64,000 nt of DNA from a virus (Duplodnaviria > Heunggongvirae > Uroviricota > Caudoviricetes): the IMG/VR virus record IMGVR_UViG_3300031957_002393, positions 20,373 through 84,372 of that record; one strand, given 5' to 3'. A model generated the notes under the pieces. The model saw nothing but the letters and a program-made list of their open reading frames with translations, searched no databases and was not told the origin of the DNA. Positions 27,509 through 36,596 of this stretch are shown piece after piece. Both the position numbers and the translations under genes were made by a program. Every line of letters begins with the position of its first letter. Position 1 is the first letter of the stretch.

Positions 27509-28075
27509 ATGAACAACGATACCATGAACGCTACTACTTTTGACTTCGGGGATGGTGCCGGTCCTGTGCCTGCGAAGCGTCATATCAACCCCGATGGCAG
27601 CGAAGGTGGATGGGTGGCATCGACCGCAATTGTTGCGGGTAGCGCGTGGGTGTTCGGGAATGCACGGGTGTACGGGGATGCATGTGTGTACGGGTATGCA
27701 CAGGTGTTCGGGAATGCACGGGTGTACGGGTATGCACGGGTGTACGGGGATGCACAGGTGTTCGGGAATGCACAGGTGTACGGGGATGCATGTGTGTACG
27801 GGAATGCATGTGTGTACGGGAATGCACGGGTGTGCACCACCGCTGACTGCGCTTTCGGGAGCACAGGAGATTACGCCTGGACAGCATACACCACTAACAC
27901 AACTACCTTCCTCAAGTATGGGTGTGAAGCACATGCTATCGAGTGGTGGCGTCAGCAGGACAGCAAACTCTCGGTGAAGCACGGTCACGACGAGAACCAT
28001 TGGGCGTATGTCAAAGCAGTCATCGCGATCGCAGAAGTAATCGAAGCCAACAGGGTTAAGGAAGGTGAGGAATGA
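27509..28075 (+). CDS. hexapeptide-repeat (left-handed beta-helix-like) protein
   Basis: 10 tandem V[FY]G[NDY]A[RQC] hexapeptides encoded by 18-bp tandem DNA repeat; ATG 27509 after AAAAAGGAAC. Confidence 0.5.
   Translation: MNNDTMNATTFDFGDGAGPVPAKRHINPDGSEGGWVASTAIVAGSAWVFGNARVYGDACVYGYAQVFGNARVYGYARVYGDAQVFGNAQVYGDACVYGNACVYGNARVCTTADCAFGSTGDYAWTAYTTNTTTFLKYGCEAHAIEWWRQQDSKLSVKHGHDENHWAYVKAVIAIAEVIEANRVKEGEE
27650..27829 (+). repeat. 10 x 18-bp in-frame tandem repeat GTGT(A/T)CGGG(A/G/T)ATGCA(C/T)(G/A)G
   Basis: Direct reading of 27650-27829; encodes the hexapeptide array. Confidence 0.85.
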
Positions 28076-28491
28076 GCAGTAGCAAAGCACATGAGCTTGT
28101 TGCGCAGGATCTCAAGCGACAAATCGAACGTATCGAAGGGATCACAAAGGCAGCAAAAAGCCGAGGGATCACAGACTTCGATGTCACCTGGCCATCGTTT
28201 AACCGCAAGGTAATCATGAGCGGCTACGTCACCTTCGCTTCGATAGAGAGTTTCATGCGCTTGGTGCCTGCCTTCGCAAACGGCAAAGCATACAGCTTTG
28301 AAATCAAAACACACGACGCAAAGTACGTGGAAGTGCAAGCGTCGCAGGGCTCAGATGTGTACATTCGAGTGATCGTAGTCGATGAAGCGGTGCCGCGAAC
28401 ACTTCACACGATCACGAGGATGATGAAGGTTGCCATGCAGCACATCAACAATGTGGATGAGTTCTTTGTCAAAGGGGCTGGTTGCGGTTAG
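28072..28491 (+). CDS. hypothetical protein (139 aa)
   Basis: ATGA overlap with upstream gene. Confidence 0.4.
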   Translation: MSSSKAHELVAQDLKRQIERIEGITKAAKSRGITDFDVTWPSFNRKVIMSGYVTFASIESFMRLVPAFANGKAYSFEIKTHDAKYVEVQASQGSDVYIRVIVVDEAVPRTLHTITRMMKVAMQHINNVDEFFVKGAGCG

Positions 28492-28608
28492 GGAGATAAG
28501 TGCGAACAGAGTCAACACAGTTGACCCCATCGACGAGGCGACAAGTCGACTCGGGGCGGGGGCCAGGGCTACACAGTAACACAACGTATACAGGTAAGGA
28601 GTTCTACA

Positions 28609-28950
28609 ATGCGCATCGAACATGACATGGACATCGATCACTACGGCATCGCACCCCGTGGGCGCCTGCGGCCTCGACACGTCAAGGCCATCACACGGGC
28701 CCAGATTCGGCGCGAGGGAGGCCATGGGCCCGCAGTGGTGGTGCAGGTGGGAGATGGAGGTAGGAGCCAGCGGGAGGCAGAGACGGCGGAGGACGTGCGG
28801 GTGCCTGCAAGGGACAGCGGGTGGATGGAACCCGTGGGTGTGGCTACCCCGGGGATGCACGTTGATGCAGCCCTTGGTGCAGGTATCATGGGAGCTGCGA
28901 TCGCTGTATTGATCTGGTTGCCGAGTGTAGTCCGATCGCTTACGGGGTGA
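28609..28950 (+). CDS. hypothetical protein (113 aa)
   Basis: SD AGGAG 9 nt upstream. Confidence 0.35.
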   Translation: MRIEHDMDIDHYGIAPRGRLRPRHVKAITRAQIRREGGHGPAVVVQVGDGGRSQREAETAEDVRVPARDSGWMEPVGVATPGMHVDAALGAGIMGAAIAVLIWLPSVVRSLTG

Positions 28951-28975
28951 ATGGTCGCACAAAAGGAACGAACGC

Positions 28976-30196
28976 ATGAACAACAATGATTCCACGGGGG
29001 AGTGCATGGAACTATACGATCAAGTTTTCAAGGTGCCAGCCATGCAACAATGGTTACAAGAGCACGAAGCCAATATCGACTTCATCTGTGTGAGATGTAC
29101 GCTATCCCACGGGGACAAAGGGTACCATGTGATCGGTGTCCGTGGACCCACGGGCCTTACCTTCTACCTGTGGAGCATTCAACATAACGACAGTGTTAAG
29201 GCTACGCCTTACTACGGTTGGCACACACTCAATCTCAATCACTGCAAAGTTACTGCGGTGGCGTGGAATGAAGAGGGTGTGCAGGTTCCATGCAAGGTAC
29301 CACGTTGGGCACTCTTCTCTCTTGCGTGCAGAGCTGCAAGTGTCGAAGGTTACAAGGGTGAGCCTACCAACCGCTTTCACACGGGCGCGCACGGGAAGCT
29401 GAAGTACACATACGGCAAGCAAGAAGACGTAGCTATGCCCCCAAGGTACGATCACCGTGACATGTTCACTGTGACAGAGGTGCAATGGGATGTTAGGTAT
29501 GACACCACGGAGGAAGACATGACTACACCGAAGCAACTACAGCCCGGGGAAGTAGTTGAAACAGAGGAGCTAAGGGAACGCATCGTTCACATGGACGAAT
29601 GCTACTTCGAGCGAGAGGAGAGACAGCGTAACCCTGTTGGTGGCTACACAGAACTCAAGTGGGTCAAGTCTGCGGGGCGATACTACGAGCGACTCTCAGC
29701 TAAGCGTGAATGGGTATCGATCGGAACGATGCTAAAGGTGTACGGTTTCTGTGTCAAGTGGCGTATCGTTTCGCCCCCGAGTCAACTGTGCACCACCGAC
29801 AACATGAGCGACAAGGTAGAAGCCATGAGCGACAACACGGACAAAGTCAACGACACGGTGCCTGTGGACACGATCACTATCACTCTCACGCTACCTGTAC
29901 CCATCGGTACGGGGAAGCTGGTCGACAAGAAGCGATTGCTCGACTACTTTGCCTCACTTATGCACGATGAGGCGTTTAGGGACGCATGTAGCATGGTCGA
30001 TGCGGGCATTAGTGTGTGCGACACCCACAGCGTAGAAAACGGTGGGTCAGTAGGTGCGTGGATCCGTGAACGATCCTATGTCACCACGAAGGATGACGCC
30101 CCCGAGTCGACTGGAGTAGCATCTGACCTCAACGCCCCCGAGTCTACTGGGCGCACAAAGGGAACGATGCTACGATCAGCTCCTCCGTGTAAGTAA
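28976..30196 (+). CDS. hypothetical protein (406 aa)
   Basis: Long ORF; contains two CGCCCCCGAGT repeat copies near 3' end in-frame (DAPESTG x2). Confidence 0.4.
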   Translation: MNNNDSTGECMELYDQVFKVPAMQQWLQEHEANIDFICVRCTLSHGDKGYHVIGVRGPTGLTFYLWSIQHNDSVKATPYYGWHTLNLNHCKVTAVAWNEEGVQVPCKVPRWALFSLACRAASVEGYKGEPTNRFHTGAHGKLKYTYGKQEDVAMPPRYDHRDMFTVTEVQWDVRYDTTEEDMTTPKQLQPGEVVETEELRERIVHMDECYFEREERQRNPVGGYTELKWVKSAGRYYERLSAKREWVSIGTMLKVYGFCVKWRIVSPPSQLCTTDNMSDKVEAMSDNTDKVNDTVPVDTITITLTLPVPIGTGKLVDKKRLLDYFASLMHDEAFRDACSMVDAGISVCDTHSVENGGSVGAWIRERSYVTTKDDAPESTGVASDLNAPESTGRTKGTMLRSAPPCK

Positions 30197-30229
30197 AAAG
30201 GTATTACGCGGTGAGTGTCGACACACATG

Positions 30230-30895
30230 TCACTCGTCGGGTCTCAGCCAATCGGGTACAGTGGTGTCGACATGATCACTTTCATTCAATCGACTCGGGG
30301 GCGTAGTAGCTGTTGTGTCGATGGTGTCAATGAGCGACGTTGGTGCCACGGGGGTAACGTCGACACGGGGAGGATCCTTTTTCAATCCATCACGTTTTAC
30401 TCCCTCAGTCATCATGCGTAGACGATCGAAGATTTCTGCGATGCCAGCTTCCTCGGGAGACACAGGCTTGTTCTCTCGCAACGCTGCCTCGGTGTCGTAT
30501 TGATACTTCGATGCCACACCTGCGTGAAACAACACCTGCTTCGCTGCGTTGACACGGGCTGTATCTTTCGCTTCCACGTCTTCGGCGATGTCCATTAGTA
30601 CAGTGAGTGCACGGGGACCAAAGCCGATAGCTTTCTGAGCGATCGACAAGCGTTGCGATTCCATGTACGCCACTCGTGCACGACGGAGAGCGGGGTGGCA
30701 CGAGAGACCCGATGTGAAGGATAACAAACTGAGGCCAAGGGACGTTGCGATTGCCGGATCACTTTGACCCTCGGACAACAAGCGTATACATTCCTCGACC
30801 ATCATGGCGTTGTGGACCCACGGGGGTGCACCCGGCGCAATGTTGTATTCGGGTACATTAACGGTAGTCATTGTGCCACTGGTAACTTTAGGCAT
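30230..30895 (-). CDS. terminase small subunit-like HTH DNA-binding protein
   Basis: ECIRLLSEGQSDPAIATSLGLS (HTH) and RALTVLMDIAEDVEAKDTARVNAAKQVLFHAG resemble Terminase_2/TerS C-terminal motif; start set to ATG 30895 (minus-strand SD GGAG). On opposite strand and 24 kb from terL. Confidence 0.4.
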   Translation of the reverse strand: MPKVTSGTMTTVNVPEYNIAPGAPPWVHNAMMVEECIRLLSEGQSDPAIATSLGLSLLSFTSGLSCHPALRRARVAYMESQRLSIAQKAIGFGPRALTVLMDIAEDVEAKDTARVNAAKQVLFHAGVASKYQYDTEAALRENKPVSPEEAGIAEIFDRLRMMTEGVKRDGLKKDPPRVDVTPVAPTSLIDTIDTTATTPPSRLNESDHVDTTVPDWLRPDE

Positions 30896-31655
30896 AGTTG
30901 GACTCCATGGATGAAGGTAGCTGCGTTGAACTCGGGGGTGACGGCAAGAAACGGCATGGGCAGAAAGCATATTCGACTCGGACACCCCTTCGACTCGGGG
31001 GCGACCACGAGTCATCGGGGGTAGCGCGTCGCCCAGGCGAGTCGACTGTGCAAGTCGCCTGAGGGAGTAGAAGGTGGAAGCATGGAGCGCCACGGCACAC
31101 ACAGAGTACCACGGACAGTGGGGTTTGTCGATCAGGTAGGCATATCCCTACGGGATTCTACGGGGGAGGGGTCACCTGCTCCATTACGAGAGTGTCGGCC
31201 GTCAGCGGATTCTCGGGGGGCTAAATGGAGAAACCTCGTACTTCCCCTACCCCTACCTCATTTCTACTACTCTACTACTACTCGACTACGATCACTCTCT
31301 CGTGAAGAAGTGCTACGGAGTAGGCGAGGTTTTGATCGGTACTATAGGGGCTGTAGAAAACTTCTGAGCGAACGTGACAGCCGTGTGACACCGAGCTGTC
31401 AAAATCGCCGAGAGTGTAGTAGCGGCCGACATTCTCTTAATGGAACCCGCGTTTCCTCCGTGCAACTACCTACCGCCATTACGACTATGACCGTCACCAC
31501 AGCACTCTCGCGGAATCGTGCCATATGGCCCGCAGTTTGTGAGGGCTTGTGCGTAGTCACACGGTGTAACTCCCTGTACCACACTTCCACAAAGACGTTG
31601 CACCCTGCTACCCAATGGGCTACAATGTGTGCACCATCCTCATGGAGACACACCG

Positions 31656-31964
31656 ATGCAGTTGTTTAAGTCACCTCGTCGACGACGAGTCAGGTACCAT
31701 GGTACCTTGCCTTTCCACAAGAGTTGTAGGGTGTACGACTGTGAAGTCATGATCCCCTACAGAGGCAAAGAGTACAGATACGTCGCTGTCATGCGATCAC
31801 AGGTACCGGGGCTTGAATCAGGTCTCACACTTTACTTCGTGTACGAGAGTGAAGATGGGCGACAGCGGTTGCGGGGACCTGTGGGATGGTGCGACACAGT
31901 GAGCTACAAGTCTGCGTTGCGATCGATCAACATGGTTCTCGTGGGTGACGATGGATCTTCATGA
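31656..31964 (+). CDS. hypothetical protein (102 aa)
   Basis: ATG 31656 ORF embedded in repeat-rich noncoding region. Confidence 0.3.
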   Translation: MQLFKSPRRRRVRYHGTLPFHKSCRVYDCEVMIPYRGKEYRYVAVMRSQVPGLESGLTLYFVYESEDGRQRLRGPVGWCDTVSYKSALRSINMVLVGDDGSS

Positions 31965-32423
31965 ACATGTTGACATGCTCCCACGGGGATGCTACCATGT
32001 GGATATAGACAGTCGCCCCCGAGTTGACTGTGCGCTCCTGGCGAGTAAACGGGGATAACAGGATTAACAACATTCGCCCCCGAGTTATCTGGGCGATATA
32101 GAAGGGTCAACGGGGCTAACACTACAAAGATGACACGATTGAGCACCGGCCATGATGATCGCCCAGGCGAGGCAACTGTGGTCAGTGGCATGGTAATCAC
32201 TACACCACAACGACATGTTACCCCCATCGACTCGGGGGATGAGGGTTGTTGCTTCTTACTACCACAGTCAACTCGGGGGCGATCACCGGTTGACACTCTT
32301 CGGGCCCGGTGTTACATGAGAATCGGGGTGAAAAAGTAACACCATCCTACAAACAACAACTGACGCCCCCGAGTCAACGGGGCAACATGACGATACCTTC
32401 CACACCACTACAAAGGTAAAACA

Positions 32424-32999
32424 ATGACCTACAGTAACGATGACTACAAAGAACTACAGCACTCCATCATCGCACAGGTAGCAGGGTTCAAGAGGACACG
32501 CAGCTCAAGCTGCGGAGCATGGTTCACGGACGAGTATCGTGGGATGGTGGATGGCAAGGAAGATGTCATTCGTGTGTCAGGTGCCGTTCACGAGCGACGA
32601 GACCTGTTGCTCAATGAGCTACGGCGGCTGAACATTCTTCCATCCCCGACGGATTGTTGGGTCGCATGGGTGAAGGAACTGAATGATCTTCGCGACGTTA
32701 TGTACAGTGAGCTACGGGCTCTACATCGACAGGGGATTGAGGAACGTGCACTCATGTGCCTCAACAACACTATGGGTCCCGATGCAACTCATGCCGTAGT
32801 ATGGTATCGTGGACAGGTGCCGATGGAGATTAAGGACCTGTCTACCAACGGGGGCGATGAGGATTGGTTCATGGTCTACACGGACTCGTTCACTTATGGT
32901 CAACCATCGTGGGCAGAGGAAGGCAGCTCCTTTGGTTGCTGCTGTGTCGAAGAGCATGTGATCGGTGACTACACTGTTCTTATCGGTTGTCACTCGTGA
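32424..32999 (+). CDS. hypothetical protein (191 aa)
   Basis: ORF after AAAGGTAAAACAATG. Confidence 0.4.
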   Translation: MTYSNDDYKELQHSIIAQVAGFKRTRSSSCGAWFTDEYRGMVDGKEDVIRVSGAVHERRDLLLNELRRLNILPSPTDCWVAWVKELNDLRDVMYSELRALHRQGIEERALMCLNNTMGPDATHAVVWYRGQVPMEIKDLSTNGGDEDWFMVYTDSFTYGQPSWAEEGSSFGCCCVEEHVIGDYTVLIGCHS

Positions 33000-33173
33000 A
33001 TGCACTCGACCATGAACGTGAGCGAATCCGTTTTCGTCAACGTCTTCTCGCTTGCAATGGAGGCCCAGAGTGGTTACTACACATCATCAAGCTGTTCGGC
33101 TGTCACGAGCAACGACTCGGCCCGGGTGACTTCGGGCTGCCACAACACATCATGCAGCAGATGAGGTGAAACC

Positions 33174-33749
33174 ATGACCACTGCAACGCCTGAACAACTC
33201 GCTGCCCTGGTACTACCGGCAACGCTGCCCGGTGTGGTGCGTCCATTCACGCCTCTTCGACCTCCAGCCGGGAGCAAATGGGATTCGACGTGGATTCGCG
33301 GCTGTGCGCTCGAAGTCGATTGGGATGTGGAGCCGGTTAACGGCAAGCCGTCCCCTCCTGAACTTTTCGGCGACGTGGCCTATCAGTACATGTCGAAGCA
33401 TGGCATGACTCTGCCTTGCGTTGTGGACAGCATGTGTCTGCGGCACTGGCTTGTCGACCTGACCGATGCAACTGCCAGGGCGCATGTGGCGTGGGCGGTC
33501 GCGTCAGCGTGTGGGCTGGAGGAGCCACTCAAGGCCGTCTACGCCCCAGGGCGCTCCGTGCTGACCGGGGAGGTCGGCTTTGGTATCATCACGCAATCGG
33601 CCGAAGAAGGGGAAGACTCTCGGTGGTTCTGGGACGAGGTCAGTGCGCTCAACATGCACGACGACACCCGCCTCCCAGACGGCTCCCGCTGTGTCGACGC
33701 CGAAGCCCTCCGGCTCGTCGCGCTGCAAGTGCTCGGGGATAAGCCTTGA
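33174..33749 (+). CDS. hypothetical protein (191 aa)
   Basis: ORF with SD-like AGGTGA. Confidence 0.4.
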   Translation: MTTATPEQLAALVLPATLPGVVRPFTPLRPPAGSKWDSTWIRGCALEVDWDVEPVNGKPSPPELFGDVAYQYMSKHGMTLPCVVDSMCLRHWLVDLTDATARAHVAWAVASACGLEEPLKAVYAPGRSVLTGEVGFGIITQSAEEGEDSRWFWDEVSALNMHDDTRLPDGSRCVDAEALRLVALQVLGDKP

Positions 33750-34021
33750 CAAAGCGTGAACACCCGTAGTTAGACGAGCGAGGAGAAGAAGTTACGAGGT
33801 ACACGTTTCACCCGATCGCACCGTGTTACCCCGAAGACTACACTCCACGTTACTTAACCCGAGTTGACTGTGCTCGTTGGCGCATGAAACTCTTGACATG
33901 TCAACCCCTACACCGTGTGACTTTCGCTTGCCGCCCGTGCCTACCGTGTTACCCTTGGTGCGGGATGCAGGATCCCAGGGCGTTGAGGAACCATAACACT
34001 TTTTCACACAGGAGCATAACG

Positions 34022-34321
34022 ATGCGCATGTACACAATGATCACCGCACTACTCATTGCCTGTGGTAGCGGCGGCAACGATGACGACAATGCCTACATGG
34101 ACACGGGCTATGATACAGTCGTTGAATGTGAGACAACTGCTCACAAGCTCGGCTATGTTGACGGGTGTGAAGCAGGTTCAGCCAATGGTCGCTCATGTGC
34201 CTATGGTGAGCGCGATCGAATCGTTGCCATTCGCTCACGCAACGAATACACACAGGCTTACGTCGAAGGCTTTGTCGATTGCTTCGATTCTGCCGTCATC
34301 ATCGAACAACTCTGTAACTGA
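34022..34321 (+). CDS. lipoprotein (99 aa)
   Basis: MRMYTMITALLIACGSGGN: signal peptide with lipobox LIAC; SD AGGAG. Confidence 0.5.
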   Translation: MRMYTMITALLIACGSGGNDDDNAYMDTGYDTVVECETTAHKLGYVDGCEAGSANGRSCAYGERDRIVAIRSRNEYTQAYVEGFVDCFDSAVIIEQLCN

Positions 34322-34331
34322 GGAAGCCAAG

Positions 34332-34805
34332 GTGACCCGTGATAAAACATCAGGCATGTATCCGATCGAAACAGTTACAAGGTACCGTGTTCTCTCCGAA
34401 GAGTATTCACGCCTGGAGGATGCAGAGTTCTTTAGGCAGTCGATCATTGATGTCGAAGAAGCCAACGAGATGTGGAAGGCGGGAGCGACATTGGCAGAGG
34501 TAGCTGAGCGTTTTCCTCTAACCTTCTGCTCCACGAAAGAGAGGTTCACTCGTGACGGTGTCGACTTGCGCAACGCAGAGAAGTTGGCGTCGATTACAGT
34601 TCATCACCGATTTGTGATTTCGCATTGGCAGTGCTCGGATAAGCCTATCTACCAAGCTTCTGCGTTTATACCACACTCACGTCAATATGGGTGGCGCCTA
34701 CGTGTGTTTGGAACCAAACCGACAGGTGGGCTTAACAGAGTGTACGGTGAAACATTGCGACTGCCTACCCTGGCTTTGTTCAACTTTACACTGCCTGCAA
34801 CATGA
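34332..34805 (+). CDS. hypothetical protein (~157 aa; GTG 34332 or ATG 34359)
   Basis: ORF with SD GAGGAAG. Confidence 0.35.
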   Translation: MTRDKTSGMYPIETVTRYRVLSEEYSRLEDAEFFRQSIIDVEEANEMWKAGATLAEVAERFPLTFCSTKERFTRDGVDLRNAEKLASITVHHRFVISHWQCSDKPIYQASAFIPHSRQYGWRLRVFGTKPTGGLNRVYGETLRLPTLALFNFTLPAT

Positions 34806-34913
34806 CTCTCGTAATACCCTCGCTAAGTGAAAAAGTTCCTTGCATGTACTGCGGCGCTACGATAAACCATCCATGTACCGACAAGCTCAAGCGTCCGTTA
34901 GGATGGTATCATA

Positions 34914-35342
34914 TTGAGCGTCGTCGAGCCGCAACGCTTCACATTCGCACAGGTAAGCACAGTGAAAGACAAACCTGCACCCAACGTGAACTATCGGTTC
35001 TGCGGTAAGTGTTCTCAGGAACGCTACCGTAGAGAGGATGTCAAGGAAGCAGCTCGTGAGGCAGATAAACTAAGGGCCGATGTTGCTCAGTTGACTCTTG
35101 ACGTGTCAAGGCTTCGAGCTGAAAACAAACGCATTCGGGATCGTCTGCGTGTAGCACTGGACAACGCTGCTTATTGGCAGAGCCTTGCCACTCGTCGCTC
35201 CCGAGTCGATGGGGGCGATGTGTCACCCCTACCCCTCGCTACAATCAAAAAGCTTTTGGCCTTGTGTCACCCCGATCGCCATGATAACAGTGAGCTGAGC
35301 AACGAGGTTACACGTTGGCTCATTAACCAGAGGAAAAAATGA
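34914..35342 (+). CDS. J-domain (DnaJ-like) protein
   Basis: C-terminal IKKLLALCHPDRHDNSELSNEVTRWL contains HPD tripeptide in J-domain helix II/III context; N-terminal coiled coil; start uncertain (TTG 34914); overlaps out-of-frame Zn-ribbon ORF 34802..35008. Confidence 0.45.
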   Translation: MSVVEPQRFTFAQVSTVKDKPAPNVNYRFCGKCSQERYRREDVKEAAREADKLRADVAQLTLDVSRLRAENKRIRDRLRVALDNAAYWQSLATRRSRVDGGDVSPLPLATIKKLLALCHPDRHDNSELSNEVTRWLINQRKK

Positions 35343-35788
35343 ACAGAGATGAATACATTGACATGATCGTAGAGTCGTCGACGAGCGTGTATCGACTGCA
35401 AAGCAATACACTGCTCATTGCAGCGGTGTGGGATACTGTGCAAGCAATGGCAGATGAAGACAAACCTGTAACCGTGGAACTGTCGGATAAGCAGTCGATC
35501 AAGTTGACGTGGGATGATCGCTTTGTTACGGTCAACGGGCATCACATTAAGGAAGGTAAGCTGTTCCTATCGGCGGGCTTCCACAAGCCGTTTAGCTTTA
35601 CACCTCACAACTACCTCAAGCTATCGCTGCTGTTTCGTGGGTACATGCTTATGCCGGAAGGCACAACCCTGCTGACACCACGAGACCTCATTAACGTTGA
35701 AGATTTGCATGACACCATCGACATCGTGTGTTATGCTCTTGACCGAGCGGACTCACTGCTCAAAGCACAGGAGAAGAAGGATGCTTAA
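35339..35788 (+). CDS. hypothetical protein (149 aa)
   Basis: ATGA overlap with upstream gene. Confidence 0.4.
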   Translation: MNRDEYIDMIVESSTSVYRLQSNTLLIAAVWDTVQAMADEDKPVTVELSDKQSIKLTWDDRFVTVNGHHIKEGKLFLSAGFHKPFSFTPHNYLKLSLLFRGYMLMPEGTTLLTPRDLINVEDLHDTIDIVCYALDRADSLLKAQEKKDA

Positions 35789-36596
35789 TCCCATGTGGGA
35801 CAAGGTTGCACCATACTGCGAGTTTGTTAAGGCTCGACATATTGCTAAGGCATGTGGGTTCTCACATACCACTGCGTTCAAGAAGCGTGTCAATGAGATG
35901 CAGCGACGTGGCGTGAAGGCGCAAACTCCGCGAGGACGCAACGCTGATAAGGGATGGGAGTTTGAATACATGCAGGGCCATGTGCCTGTGGATGTACAGG
36001 AAGCTATCATCAGCTCCATCAACAATCTGAGTGCTACGCCTGCTGTCAAGCCCATGGGTATCAATTCGTCTACTGTTGCTGTGACCGTTGACGGCAAGCG
36101 TTACCCATCGCTGCGGCGTAACATCAAGGGCGCCCCTGCGCCCGTGGAAGCAACGTTCCATGTGCGCCTCGGGGGAGCCATGGCTGCGCAACTTTACGCG
36201 CTGGCGCAGGCGAGCGACAAGCCCCCCGAAGACATTCTCCTTGCGCAGATGGAGAAGCTACTCGGCTCCAACGCTGAGCATGATTGGCCGTCGGCTGTGT
36301 CTTACGCCGGTTGCCGCGACTACCATGAAGCCATGGACACCATCGGACTTGTCGCTGATGACAAGGTTGCTGAGAAGCTGTCGCTGTCGAAGGCTACTAT
36401 TCAGGAGTGGCGTCGTCGCATGAAGCGTAGCGCCCCTACAACCACCAATGCTACGTTCCCCGCCAACGTGTACAACACCCTACAGCGCCACAAGCAGTGG
36501 ATCGGTGTGGCGCCTGACACCTCAGTCGCTGAGGTAACGGGCGTAGACCTGAAGTGGGTTCGCAAGTATCGCAAGATGCAGGACGGTAACGCATGA
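35781..36596 (+). CDS. putative DNA-binding protein (271 aa)
   Basis: ATG 35781 after GAGAAGAAGG; HTH-like segments (ARHIAKACGFSHTTAFKKRV; LSKATIQEWRRRMK). Confidence 0.35.
   Translation: MLNPMWDKVAPYCEFVKARHIAKACGFSHTTAFKKRVNEMQRRGVKAQTPRGRNADKGWEFEYMQGHVPVDVQEAIISSINNLSATPAVKPMGINSSTVAVTVDGKRYPSLRRNIKGAPAPVEATFHVRLGGAMAAQLYALAQASDKPPEDILLAQMEKLLGSNAEHDWPSAVSYAGCRDYHEAMDTIGLVADDKVAEKLSLSKATIQEWRRRMKRSAPTTTNATFPANVYNTLQRHKQWIGVAPDTSVAEVTGVDLKWVRKYRKMQDGNA

Larger units (their letters stand above)
30096..32385. repeat. dense cluster (>=13 copies) of ~17-bp repeat (A/T)CGCCCCCGAGT(C/T)(G/A)ACTG in mostly noncoding DNA
   Basis: Copies read at 30096, 30132, 30285(rc), 30935, 30972, 30990, 31026, 32013, 32074, 32160, 32225, 32262(rc), 32360; additional dispersed copies 10.7-39.5 kb. 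Confidence 0.7.

Noticed and set aside
27650-27829. Regular 18-bp tandem repeats could suggest a CRISPR array
   Set aside because: The repeats are directly adjacent with no spacers. They are in-frame inside an ORF and encode a hexapeptide beta-helix repeat.
31082-31669. 195-aa plus-strand ORF in the repeat region
   Set aside because: Arg/Ser/Cys-rich low-complexity translation. No SD. Spans the low-complexity CTAC-repeat DNA. Treated as noncoding.
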